NCBI GenBank assembly: GCA_030141605.1
Contig: JAQGDQ010001746.1
Location: 1 to 26,970, forward strand
Source of the DNA: Tubiluchus corallicola
Lineage: Eukaryota; Animalia; Priapulida
DNA length: 26,970 nucleotides
Reading direction: 5' to 3'
A program made the translations under genes and the position numbers. The notes below the pieces were generated by a model. That model was given only the letters and a program-made list of their open reading frames with translations, was not told where the DNA came from and ran no database searches. This document shows, piece by piece, positions 14,214 to 24,214 of the stretch; position 1 is the first letter of the stretch, and every line of letters begins with the position of its first letter.

Positions 14214-15169
14214 ACTAATACTGAGCATTGATGCTGATGCTGATAGCCCTAGCTGTAATCCTAATCTTAACCCAATTAGTAATCCGTTTCTCGAACTAAT
14301 TTCTTGTGTGTGGAGAATTGTAAACTTTATCCGCCATAATTTTGCTTGGCAGCAATTTCGATTATTTAACGATTGTTTTCCTATGCAATTGTAAACAATT
14401 ATATATATTACGAATGAGAAATGCTTAGCTTGCTTTTGTCGTATAAATAATTATTGTTGCCATGCTTTATTTGAGTTAATATATTATTTATGCTGTTGAG
14501 TTTTTATGAGAGGGGGTTAAAGATGAAAGGCTGGGGGAGAGAGAACGGCTATGCAGTAAACACTTTGCTACTTCGTACACAAACACAATCATTTATCCTT
14601 ACGAAATTTTCCGCATAGTGGAATCTCCCACCGTCATCATGGCGTTTGAAAATTTACCCCTTCCCCCCCCCCCTAAATTTGTTTAGTTATTATCCGATTC
14701 AAAAACCATGGAATGAGAGATTCTAGGCCTAGGTTGCTTAGCTTAGTTTGTTGAAGCTGCTTTTGGAAGGTGAGTTGAATATCTGAAAAAGGAAAAAGTT
14801 GAGGGACTAGGTTGAGGACCCTGAAACAATGACGTCACTGGTTGTGCTGATTTGCATCTTTTGCACAGTGAGAATTTTACAACAGGTAACATCAATACAA
14901 ATTTATTTTCAATGTCTACAAGAATCAGATCTTAAAACTATTAGTGTTTAAAGGAAGACAGGATGATTTTTCATATACTCCCCAATTTTCAAATCCGATA
15001 AAGGGTATACATTTTAAGGCAATTAATACTGCAATGGCGTTTCTCATAATTAAATAATAGATTAAAATCTTAATTAACAGCCGAGCTATTGATGACATCA
15101 CAAACTAACATAATTTTCAAAAGCAAAAATTGTAGTATAGTGCTATTGTAAGAGATTCACGTTTGACGG

Positions 15170-15510
15170 TCTTAGTGCTTCGCTAAGCCGCGCGTAACTT
15201 AGAAAGTTTAACAAAATTTGAGTATCCGAGGTAATTATTATTTAATCTAAGCTTTGACTCAAAAATCCTATTGCATTTTTGTTTTCATACGGTTTTCCTT
15301 TAATGAAAATAAGGTCATATGTCTCCATCTTTACTCAGTTAATGTTTTTCTTTTAAGAAAAACCGGATGATTGTGTAAACACGAGTTCAGAATAAAGAAT
15401 GCTCTAAAATATTGAAAACTACAATAGCTTAGATTAAATAATAATTACTTCGGATACTCAAATTTCGTTAAACTTTCAAAGCTACGCGCGGCTCAGTGAA
15501 TCTACTAAGA
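15170..15510. mobile_element. MITE-like element with ~85-bp imperfect inverted repeats (15170-15253 / 15426-15510)
   Basis: tcttagt..agccgcgcgta..gaaagtttaac.aaatttgagtatccga.gtaattattatttaatctaagct is mirrored at the other end around an AT-rich ~170-bp spacer. No TSD identified. Confidence 0.7.
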
Positions 15511-15536
15511 TTGGCAGCGGCGCTTTTCTGTCACAT

Positions 15537-17516
15537 TCACGTGGCCAACAAATAGAAGGCGGTACCGTGATTACCATGATCATGAACTGCAGTGTTAGTT
15601 TCTGACGTCATATGATCAAGCACCTCTTTTAAAGTATGGATGCACATCTCTGTGCCTAAGTTTTCAACAAAACCAAAGTGGTTTGGCGTGGTACTCAAAC
15701 AAGAACTGTAACGATTTAGAAGCAGTATTTCTATAACTTTGCTTCCTACAGATGAAAGAGCGATAGGCCTATAGTTGTTCTTGTCTGTAATATCCCCATT
15801 TTTGTCTTTAACGAGAGGTACTAGTATAGATAACATTAACGAATGAGGCAAGTAACCGTGTGTTACACAGGACGTGAATAGCAGCGCCAACATGATTGGC
15901 AGCAAATGGGATGAATTACGGAAATGTTCTCCTTTAAGTCCGTCTGGACCAGCTGATTTATGTAAGGCAAGCCTATCAATTGCCTCTTGCACTTCAAAAA
16001 CTGTAAATGCATTAATGGGCGTTATACTATGGCTCAGAACATGTTTTATACGCGCATTAAGACCATTGTTGTCAACTGAATTTAACAAATTTTTATAATG
16101 ATTACCCCACATTGCACAAATGTCCTTTTCCCCTTTTGACTCACCAACTTGTGGAGAAAGAGGAAGTTTAGAATTAGTTTCTTTTTTAATAGATGTCCAA
16201 AATTCATAAGGGTTACAATGCATAAGTTTATAAGCCAACTTATCAGCAATAATACGTTTCTCATTGCGTTTGCACTCACGCAAGGCGCGTTTAAACAATG
16301 CTCGAGAACGGCGCATTTCATCAGCTAAGTAACCATTACGTGGCTTACCATCTATACGCCATGCAAGGAAACACTGGCGAGAATATTTATGACTATCTGC
16401 AACGTAGTCGTTCCAACCAGGTATCCTCTTACCCTGACAGTTATTAGACTCATGTTGCTTCCTTGGAATACTGATAGTGGCTGAAACTTTTAGTACGTCA
16501 GTTATGTCTTCATACAGTTTAGTTAGGTTATTTTGGTGTTGTTCGTTTTCACAGTACACATTATTACAAAGTAGAGCGTCGTACGGCATCGCTATACCTA
16601 GTAAAGCAGTATGTGTACAGTGCCGGTAATTGGATAACTGACCTTCATTGGCGTTATCCCAGTCAACATTATATCTCTGCTGCCCAGGTTTAGAGAAGAT
16701 TACATTGTCAGTATTTAGCAAATCATCTACTGTAATAACACTATCATTAATAGGACAGTCCAGCACAAGGTCAACATTGATCTGAGCACCTATAGGCATA
16801 TGATCACAGTTAGTTAAATTGTAATCAACAAATATATTACTAACAATCACATGCATTGTTTCAGTACAAATTATGTAGTCTAACCAAGAGCAAGTTTGAT
16901 GTGCAGCACTCACATATGTAAAGGTATCAGCTGGCAAGCTGAGCACATCAGAAATATTATACTTATTAGCTGAGCACAATGCTTCCAGTTCTCTATAAAA
17001 CTGTCTTGTTATGTGTGAATTAAAATCTCCTACGCAACATACGTAACCAGTGGCTGACATTTCAATGAAAGCATTTAATTTTCCTAAACACAATCTAAAA
17101 TCATCTAGATTGTCATGACATTCATATGGAAAGTAAACATTCACAAACATAATTGGCATCAGTTTATCAGGCAGGTAAGCTGAAAAACCTAAAATATTAA
17201 AGTCATTTTCATGTGTAATAATCTTATATTCACCCGGAAGTGTTTTTCTCCAGAGCACAGCTAAACCACCCTGCGGTCGTCCTTTCAGAAGTCCATCAGA
17301 CAGATCTGTAGGTGAGATCCCTCTTCCATGAAAATCTGGATCAACTGTTGCCAAATAGTCAAGTTCTTGAACTGGAAGCATCGATTCCTGAAGAAACACG
17401 ATGTCACTGCGATTACAGAGTTCTTTTAACACTACTAGTGATTCAGGATTTTTGATCGAGTTACAATTGTAACTCACTATTCTAAGTGGGGATATTTGAG
17501 TGCAGTTTCGCTCCAT
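15537..17516 (-). CDS. LINE ORF2: APE-type endonuclease, linker and N-terminal part of reverse transcriptase (3'-truncated), RTEX-like
   Basis: APE motifs SYNCNS, DIVFLQE, GRPQGGLAVLWRK, NVYFP, VGDFNSH, WLDYII, CDHMPI; linker IPGWN..W...GKPR.G; RT entry motifs KSAGPDGL and NNYRPIAL. The frame ends before the LDxxKAFD, GVxQG and YADD motifs. Confidence 0.93.
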   Translation of the reverse strand: MERNCTQISPLRIVSYNCNSIKNPESLVVLKELCNRSDIVFLQESMLPVQELDYLATVDPDFHGRGISPTDLSDGLLKGRPQGGLAVLWRKTLPGEYKIITHENDFNILGFSAYLPDKLMPIMFVNVYFPYECHDNLDDFRLCLGKLNAFIEMSATGYVCCVGDFNSHITRQFYRELEALCSANKYNISDVLSLPADTFTYVSAAHQTCSWLDYIICTETMHVIVSNIFVDYNLTNCDHMPIGAQINVDLVLDCPINDSVITVDDLLNTDNVIFSKPGQQRYNVDWDNANEGQLSNYRHCTHTALLGIAMPYDALLCNNVYCENEQHQNNLTKLYEDITDVLKVSATISIPRKQHESNNCQGKRIPGWNDYVADSHKYSRQCFLAWRIDGKPRNGYLADEMRRSRALFKRALRECKRNEKRIIADKLAYKLMHCNPYEFWTSIKKETNSKLPLSPQVGESKGEKDICAMWGNHYKNLLNSVDNNGLNARIKHVLSHSITPINAFTVFEVQEAIDRLALHKSAGPDGLKGEHFRNSSHLLPIMLALLFTSCVTHGYLPHSLMLSILVPLVKDKNGDITDKNNYRPIALSSVGSKVIEILLLNRYSSCLSTTPNHFGFVENLGTEMCIHTLKEVLDHMTSETNTAVHDHGNHGTAFYLLAT

Positions 17517-19090
17517 AAATGGTTTACTCGTTATTCGAGCCAGCGTTACTGACTAAAGATTCACGAGACGACCATAACCGGTGAATGACTTGCGAATTAT
17601 TTGATGCAAGTGGTCTAGCGTTCAATGTCACTGAAGATTTAGCATCATTGCCATTGCTCTGGTTTCTCTTATTGGCAGAAGTGTAAAAAGGCTTTACAAG
17701 TACACCTGCAGGCCACACTTCTGGCTTCATAATCTGATCTGATTCCTCGTTGCCGTAGCACGTTATCACAAATGATGCATATGTGTCATACCTAGTTTTC
17801 AGTTTCTCCACCTTAACATTAAAATCAACATTATCTAGAAGCAGTTGCTCGATGTTCTCCTCCGTCGTGCTGGGATGCAAGCGAGTTGCAAAAATTCGTC
17901 TTACGGGCTTACTGGTTTTGATGAGCACATCTTTTCCCGTAGCTATCCCTGTGATAGTGCGTTTAGAAGTACGAAGTTTTGGTGCTTTTTTCCGTTGTTT
18001 AGAGTAGTTCACAACAGTGAATACGTCATCATTTATGCCGCTTGTCTTAATGACACCTCTTTGTACATCTTCCACTGAGTTAGCCTGGCTCGTTTGCCCC
18101 ACAGCTGCTGAATAGCTTTTTCCTTTTGGTCGTTGATGTTGCTGAATTTCATTCCTGTTAGAGTTACCAATGGCTTGTGAATCTGTTTTATGTGCCAGTA
18201 GTTGATTAAGCTCATTTCGCGAGACTGAATTAGACTTGAGTTCTTTCAGATCTTCTTGTACATTCTGTAACAGTTTCATTATAACTGTGATGTCAACAGA
18301 TTTGAGTGACATAGGCGGAACGTTTTGCGAATACGCAGCCACAAATCTAGGCGCTGGTTTAGCATCCGTAATCGGACCATACTGGAGCAACATCAGGATG
18401 TCATTCGATAAAGCCAGTCTTTTGGTAGGGCCGATTCGATTTTTAAGAAAGTCCGGCCTGTCTTCAACGTCATCAGGTATAAGACCCACGAGCATCGTTT
18501 TTGCTTCTTCTAGGTTCTCGATTGAGTAGAAATCATGAATTACGATCTCTAGATCGCTGACTGGAACCCCCGCCTCAAGTTGATTTTGGGCAAAATAGTT
18601 CACCTCGTTATGTATAAGGTAATATTTTTCGTCATCGATTGAATTAGACGATATACTGCTAACTGTATTTTGTGATGGCAAGATATCATCGTAGTTTGAC
18701 TCGTCTGCAAGCCCACCAGGCTTTCTAGCAATAAAGCATTTTCTGCATAAAACCAGTTTCCCAAATTCTGCTCTTGGAACAGGGCCAGGATTCTTCCTCC
18801 TGCACAGCACACAAGAGATCGGTGCCATTGTAGGTTGACGGGCAACTAATTACCCTTTACCATTACCTGCACTGGCCAGCTCGTTTAGTAATTCAACTTG
18901 TCCTTTTGTTGCATCTATTGTGCTTTAATTACCTGGTCAGCAAGAATGTCTGCACAAGAGCAACTTTCGCCAAAAAAAGTTAATATTGCTCAAACGTTTT
19001 TCACAGATTTCAGGTTTATTAATAGTCAAACATGTTATTTGTTCTTTTAACGGTAATCACCATATTATCACTCACTCACTCATATAGCTT
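15580..19090 (-). mobile_element. Non-LTR retrotransposon (probably RTEX clade), 5' part intact and 3' half missing; both boundaries approximate
   Basis: ORF1 plus APE-RT ORF2 in tandem with a putative ~250-bp 5' UTR. Clade assigned from remembered motifs, not from a search. Confidence 0.85.
17524..18828 (-). CDS. LINE ORF1 protein (434 aa), RTEX-like
   Basis: Intact ORF 7 nt upstream of ORF2; N-terminal CxxC..CxxC, FY..E.LEEAK..L, a coiled-coil-like segment (LLQNVQEDLKELK) and a C-terminal RRM-like block IFATRLHP..KTRYDTYASF..WPAGVLVKPF. Confidence 0.85.
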   Translation of the reverse strand: MAPISCVLCRRKNPGPVPRAEFGKLVLCRKCFIARKPGGLADESNYDDILPSQNTVSSISSNSIDDEKYYLIHNEVNYFAQNQLEAGVPVSDLEIVIHDFYSIENLEEAKTMLVGLIPDDVEDRPDFLKNRIGPTKRLALSNDILMLLQYGPITDAKPAPRFVAAYSQNVPPMSLKSVDITVIMKLLQNVQEDLKELKSNSVSRNELNQLLAHKTDSQAIGNSNRNEIQQHQRPKGKSYSAAVGQTSQANSVEDVQRGVIKTSGINDDVFTVVNYSKQRKKAPKLRTSKRTITGIATGKDVLIKTSKPVRRIFATRLHPSTTEENIEQLLLDNVDFNVKVEKLKTRYDTYASFVITCYGNEESDQIMKPEVWPAGVLVKPFYTSANKRNQSNGNDAKSSVTLNARPLASNNSQVIHRLWSSRESLVSNAGSNNE

Positions 19091-19174
19091 TCACTGATGT
19101 ACCAGTGCTCAGTTCAGTATAAAACGATGAAAACTTGGAGCACTAATATCACGTGTCGTACAAGATTCTCTCAA

Positions 19175-19236
19175 GAGAGAGAGAGAGAGGCAGAGAGAGA
19201 GAGAAAGAAAGAGAGAGAGAAAGAGAGAGAGAGGGG

Positions 19237-19278
<42 letters not shown>

Positions 19279-19397
19279 GGCGGAGTGAGAGGGGGAGAAA
19301 GACAAAGAAAGAGACAGAGAGAGAGAGAGAGAGGCAGAGAGAACGACAGAGAGAGAAAGACAGACAGACAGATAGAGAGAGAAAGACAGAGAGAGAG
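19175..19397. repeat. (GA)n-rich polypurine microsatellite
   Basis: Directly visible. Confidence 0.95.
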
Positions 19398-19572
19398 GTG
19401 TTTCGCTACATAGACGCTGTTTCAGAAATAGCACTGCCTATTCGAAACTAAGAGTGAAATTTCTAGGTCAAAAAATTTTGTTGCTCGCAGCATGTTGAAA
19501 GTCGCCAGCTACAGTTTACTTTCGTTCGTCTGTACAACGTGTTTCGGGTTGTACAGGTAATTCAGATCGCCG

Positions 19573-19586
19573 CCGCTAGATGGCGC
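19573..19586 (+). promoter_or_regulatory. CTCF-like core motif
   Basis: ccgctagatggcgc closely resembles the CTCF core (CCaCYAGRKGGCRS). Motif only. Confidence 0.3.
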
Positions 19587-19813
19587 AATGGCTTTTTCCT
19601 CGGTCTATGAAATGTTCTTCTGGTTTGCAAATTATACCGCGTGGCTTCTCTGGGGGGGGGGGGAGTGGGGTAAAACAACAAACAATGGTACGGATTAACC
19701 TGTTAGATGGAAGTAGTACCCATGTATTAGTGAATTAGTCATATCGTCAAATTTTAATGTGGAAATGTCGTGGGTTTTGCCAACTCGTAATCTTGGGGAG
19801 TTGACCTAGATAG

Positions 19814-20432
19814 GTTTGAGCAGTGAGTTGAAGAAGTCATGATCCCTCAACAAGATCCCCCCTCAACAAGATCCCTCAACAAATTTTGCAAATGTCTCAC
19901 AAGCTTATCCATCTGAATGCTGATCAATGTAATGTTTCTAAGCGGCCATTTTGTCCTTCAAGAAAGTTTTTTTTACAACATAATAGATTCGCTATTCAAC
20001 AATCTTTTGATGCAATAATTTTTTGTACCATGAGATGGTTTTGTGTCTATGTTAAGTTACATGTGTATATTACCTCTATGCTATGTTTATTTTAGATAAG
20101 ATTCTACTTGTAAAAGTGTGCTTTAGTTTTTTTAGATAGGTGTATTTTGCTGTAGCTAATATCATTTTTTACTTTACTAATTGTGTTTTTATTCACTCCT
20201 ACTGCACCGTCAATGAATATAAAAAGCTTTAGTACGAAGTGAACGTCAAGCTCTGAACAGAATAAGACCCCCAAGAATGACAAATCAGGTGCCAATAACC
20301 AGTTTGTTCAATTCAACTGAGGTTTATTTGTCTTGTGCAATTGAAAAATTTTTTTTTGATGATTTATGCTAATATGATGGATAAAAGCTAGGTCATAATT
20401 TTTTTTTCATACACCCGTTTGAGCAGTGAGTT
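19814..20432. other. 587-bp segment flanked by a perfect 16-bp direct repeat (possible TSD)
   Basis: gtttgagcagtgagtt at 19814-19829 and 20417-20432; three copies of gatcc(c)ctcaacaa just inside the left end. Confidence 0.5.
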
Positions 20433-20934
20433 CGCACTTAAAACTAAGTTTTTAAAAAATCGTTTTACGTCTTTTGGTTTTAAAAAACCTTGTATCAGCT
20501 TTACATTGTAGCAACGGCACGGATTCTGTGCATTACTTTAGTTGCTTCAGTTATTTATTATTAATAGAGTTCTATTATTCCAGCTTTTTTATAAAAAATT
20601 CTGTAGATTAAATGTTAAAAATCGAAGACGTGATTTAAAAACGTTCATTTATAAGAATGTCATTTTAAATAATCTCAGTCAATGATTTCAATTATAAATG
20701 CTATGGAATTATCCAAAAACTACATTATGCCTGCTGAAGTATAAATATTGTAATTATGATGGTCTTGCATAAGTAGTAGCCTAAGCTGTTTTACATTCCT
20801 CAATAATCTAAGCAATTTGTGTTTTCATACAAAGTTTTTGCTGAATTCTTACATAAATTCTTTGAAAATTGTAATTTCATTTCTAAAGCTGTTAAGTTCT
20901 GGAACTTTGAAAACGGAATAAATTTTGTAATATA

Positions 20935-21050
20935 ACACAATATAATGTAATATAATTGTAATATTTAGCTATAGTAAATACTGTTTATTATTATTATTGT
21001 TACTATTATGATTATTACTATTATTATTATGTGTTGTATGATGATTATAC
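20935..21050. repeat. AT-rich low-complexity (TAT)n/(TAATA)n tract
   Basis: Directly visible. Confidence 0.7.
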
Positions 21051-21153
21051 CCCAAGTACGATGTTCTGTCTGAGTAGTTTTCTCTTTGATCTACTGTAAT
21101 ATATTGCATTGCTTTTGTAATGTATTGTGATTTCACAGTTCCAGCGATTGATG

Positions 21154-21483
21154 ATGATCGTGAACAGGTCAAAGGTTCAGTGTACCAGACAACGCATTTG
21201 AATCACTTAACAATGCCTCACAGCTCATGATGTTGTAACAGCTAGCTAGAACCTTACCTAGTTCATTTTTTCTTGTTCCCCATCAAGATCCCGCTAGTAA
21301 ATCACTCTACGCATATACTAATGTTTAATTAAGTAAAGTCCACGTGAAAGAACTAAATTTACTGAACCGATGCGGCAGTAAGCTTTGCTTTTCCCACATG
21401 TCACGTGACGCTTGTAGTTAAGACATGTTGCTGTGGTGCACTTAACCTTTGACCTACAGCAACTGCAGTGAAACTGTGAAAAG
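21154..21483 (+). repeat. Diverged non-coding direct repeat, copy 2 (copy 1 at 4575-4926)
   Basis: Same collinear blocks as copy 1; AGGTCAAAGGTTC at 21166-21178 and inverted TAACCTTTGACCT at 21443-21455. Confidence 0.9.
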
Positions 21484-21562
21484 GTTTTTTGTACTGTGCT
21501 AGATCGTCAATAAATTTATTCAGTTCTGCACAATTTCTTGCAGTAAAGCTGCGTCTCGAGAA

Positions 21563-21699
21563 ATGCTGATGGCGACTGAAAGAAGACGAGCTTTGTTTGG
21601 CTTTTTAGTGATTGCTGCAATTACGCGTGTTTGTAATACAGGATTACTCACCACCACCACCAACACCAACACCAACACCAACACCAACACCAACACCAG
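21563..21699 (+). CDS. Possible gene B first coding exon: signal-peptide-like MLMATERRRALFGFLVIAAITRVCNTGLL followed by an (ACCAAC)n Thr-rich repeat
   Basis: Basic n-region, hydrophobic core and donor-like cag|gtttat at 21700. As assembled the donor is phase 2 and does not match the phase-1 EGF exon. Confidence 0.4.
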
Positions 21700-22316
21700 G
21701 TTTATTTATGTCTATTAATACTTAGGGAGGAACTAATGCTGAATGTTTTTTACACAATTACTCGTTTACATCACCAAATATTAAAATTTCTCAAAGTTCA
21801 TTTTAAAGAGCTTTAAGAATTTTCTGAGATTCTTTTACTCATTACACTCTTACTTCAATACTAGGTGAGTTACACCAGTAACAGTGTAAATAAGTTGGCT
21901 TCTTTAACACAGAATACCGTATATGTGTCATTTATTGTGATTCATGGCAGCTCTTGACTAAATGATAATTCTTATATGTATCTATATTTGAATTTTCGAA
22001 CTTTTTAGATTGCATGTTATGGTAATCTGAAGAGGAGAAGGAGTGTGCTCTCAAAACGTCGTTAGTACAATAAAAAATTCTTCACTACAGTAAATAATGC
22101 TGTGGGATTCTTCGTAAAAAATGGTTTTAGCAATATTTGGAAATCTGTCACTTTTTGCATGTGCATTTTCAGCATATAAAAACACCTGTAACGCTAGTTT
22201 TTATATGTAGCCTTACTACACTAAATTATTTTATTTTATTTGTGTAATATCTGTGTGACAGTATGCGCAACATTCATTGCTCATTTGTTTTCATGTTTTA
22301 TTTTGTATCTATAAAG

Positions 22317-22430
22317 ATGACTGTACCTGGAACCCTTGTAAAAATGGTGGAATATGTACCGATTTAGATGGGACGCAAGATGGCATGTTTACTTGTACCT
22401 GTAGATCTGGATATACCGGTACACTTTGTG
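22317..22430 (+). CDS. EGF-like domain exon (114 nt, phase 1-1): DCTWNPCKNGGICTDLDGTQDGMFTCTCRSGYTGTLC
   Basis: Six Cys with canonical EGF spacing (NPCxNGGxC..CxCxxGYTGxxC); T-rich acceptor ending aag at 22316 and donor g|gtaaga at 22431. Confidence 0.9.
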
Positions 22431-22694
22431 GTAAGACGATAAAATCATACTTTATTCATTTCTATACAGGATCGTTCAGAAAAATGTGGTCTCCAGACAA
22501 ATTGGTAAAACTTCATGTTTATAGAGACATTTGTGAAAGAGGACCGTATCACTGTGTAGCTGGTTTCTCCTCTTTTCAAAAAAGCTGTAAATTTCTTTCA
22601 AAGAACACCACCCTTACCACCACGATCATTTTTGAAGGTTTTTCTCTCGCCATTCCTAGAAGAACACCGCGTACAATAAACATCGTAGCGGCGT

Positions 22695-22770
22695 TTGGTG
22701 GGGGTGGTGGTAGTGGGGTGGGGGGTGGTGTTGGTGGTGGGGTGAGGTGGTGGTGGGGTGAGGTGGTGTT
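22695..22770. repeat. (GGT)n G-rich tract
   Basis: Directly visible. Confidence 0.85.
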
Positions 22771-23095
22771 TTTGACTGAAAACGTATAGCTGTTTGGAAA
22801 GAAGAGAATCAGCTACAAGATGGAAGGACTTTCTTTCGCAAATGCTCCTACCAAGATGAAGAGCTACGAATTAGTTTAGGAGAAAACTTTTCGGGGCGAA
22901 ATTGTGTTATTGGCTCTGAGCAAAGACGTTTCCTGTTTTAAATTAATTTGTCGTGCCTTTATTTGATGACAATGACTAGGCCATTTGGGTGTAAATAAGA
23001 GAATGGTAATCCTACCTTGTTAGACGCAAGAAGCAAGAGATAAAACACGATACGTTACCTGTAAGGCGTCTTCTATCTTCCGTAAAGCCTATATC

Positions 23096-23269
23096 ATGAT
23101 TCGCGGTATGGTGGTTGCCCTCTGTAAACAGCCTCTTGGAAGAGGTTGCAAATCAATTAAATACAGGATAGGTATAACTGATTCAGATCTGTATGTTTGC
23201 GGTTTGGGCAGTCAAGCCCCAGAACATTTCATTTTTCATTGTGGGTTACATTTGGAACAGCCTCGATAG
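23096..23269 (+). pseudogene. Decayed LINE ORF2 C-terminal zinc-knuckle fragment
   Basis: Frame from 23096 reads ..KYRIGITDSDLYVCGLGSQAPEHFIFHCGLH.., resembling the RIG...S.LC.CG...T.EH....C motif of I/Nimb/CR1-L2-type elements, with the first Cys changed to Tyr. Confidence 0.5.
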
Positions 23270-23791
23270 ATGGTGCTACACTGCATTCTCAACGTGGATC
23301 ATTTGAACTGAACTGATGACATTTTACGTACTTGCACGCTCCAAATTCATTTCTTCTTGAAATTGCACTTCTATGATTATTTTTGATGTGTTATTGTTTA
23401 TAAGCTCATAACTGACATTTCAAAAGTGCTGTTGTGTCCATGATTGTGTCATCTGACACTTTTGTGTTTTGATTAAAACTTGCTTATCAATTCCTGTTAT
23501 AGTACAGCCGCTTTGACACCAAAACCCAAAGAAAACCCCGTTTTCGAAAGCAGAATCACGCCTGCTTTCCTAAAACTAGCGTTGTTTTTCTAAAGACTGT
23601 CATTTTTAAAGAAAGCGGAATTAGAAAAATGAAGGTAGTGGGTTTTATACCAATCATATTTCGACGAAAACGACACTTCCTTACCCAAAAAAACGCGAGT
23701 TTCTCGCAAAAAGACACATCCATTTTGTTCAGTCTAAGTGCGAGAAAAAACGACATCGTTTCGCCCAAAAGGCACGTTTGTTAGGTAGTGG

Positions 23792-24214
23792 TTGGTTGGT
23801 TGGCATCCTTCTGTCTCGGAAGACAATGGAATGTGCGCCAAGAGAGTCAGTTATTGACCACATTGATATAGCTGCAGCATCGACTGTGGCTGAGCAGTGT
23901 GATCCTTGAACGTCTCCAGGGCGCACCCTTGGGTAAGGTGTATGGAGATCCTGAGTTGCCCAGACAACAGGAACCCCCTCTCTTCCTCGCTGGTGTAGTC
24001 CAAAGGAAAGCGGAGCGATACGTTCGTTTGGCACCAGGTTGGCTGCAGGAGCTGCCGGAGTCAGTGAGCATGCTGCACTGGTCCGCCTTCGGGGCTCCAC
24101 TCCTGATTTAGAAGGTTTACTCTTCTACGCATGGCCGTTTGGTCACTTGACCTCCTCCGCCCTCTAGCCGTTGGCCGCTTGTGCAGCTCCTCTGCCTAGT
24201 GTCGAGATACAGTG
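23792..24214 (-). mobile_element. Short non-autonomous RTE-clade retroelement, copy 2
   Basis: Reverse-complement homolog of copy 1 from ggagctgcacaagcg onward; (CCAA)n tail; 10-bp TSD taggtagtgg at 23782-23791 and 24215-24224. Confidence 0.8.

Noticed and set aside
15874-18845. Short antisense and alternate-frame ORFs overlapping the LINE ORFs
   Set aside because: Shadow frames of ORF1 and ORF2 with no independent support.
22277-22789. 170-aa single-exon ORF
   Set aside because: Only 22317-22430 is EGF-like and bounded by splice sites; the rest reads through intron and a GGT repeat.
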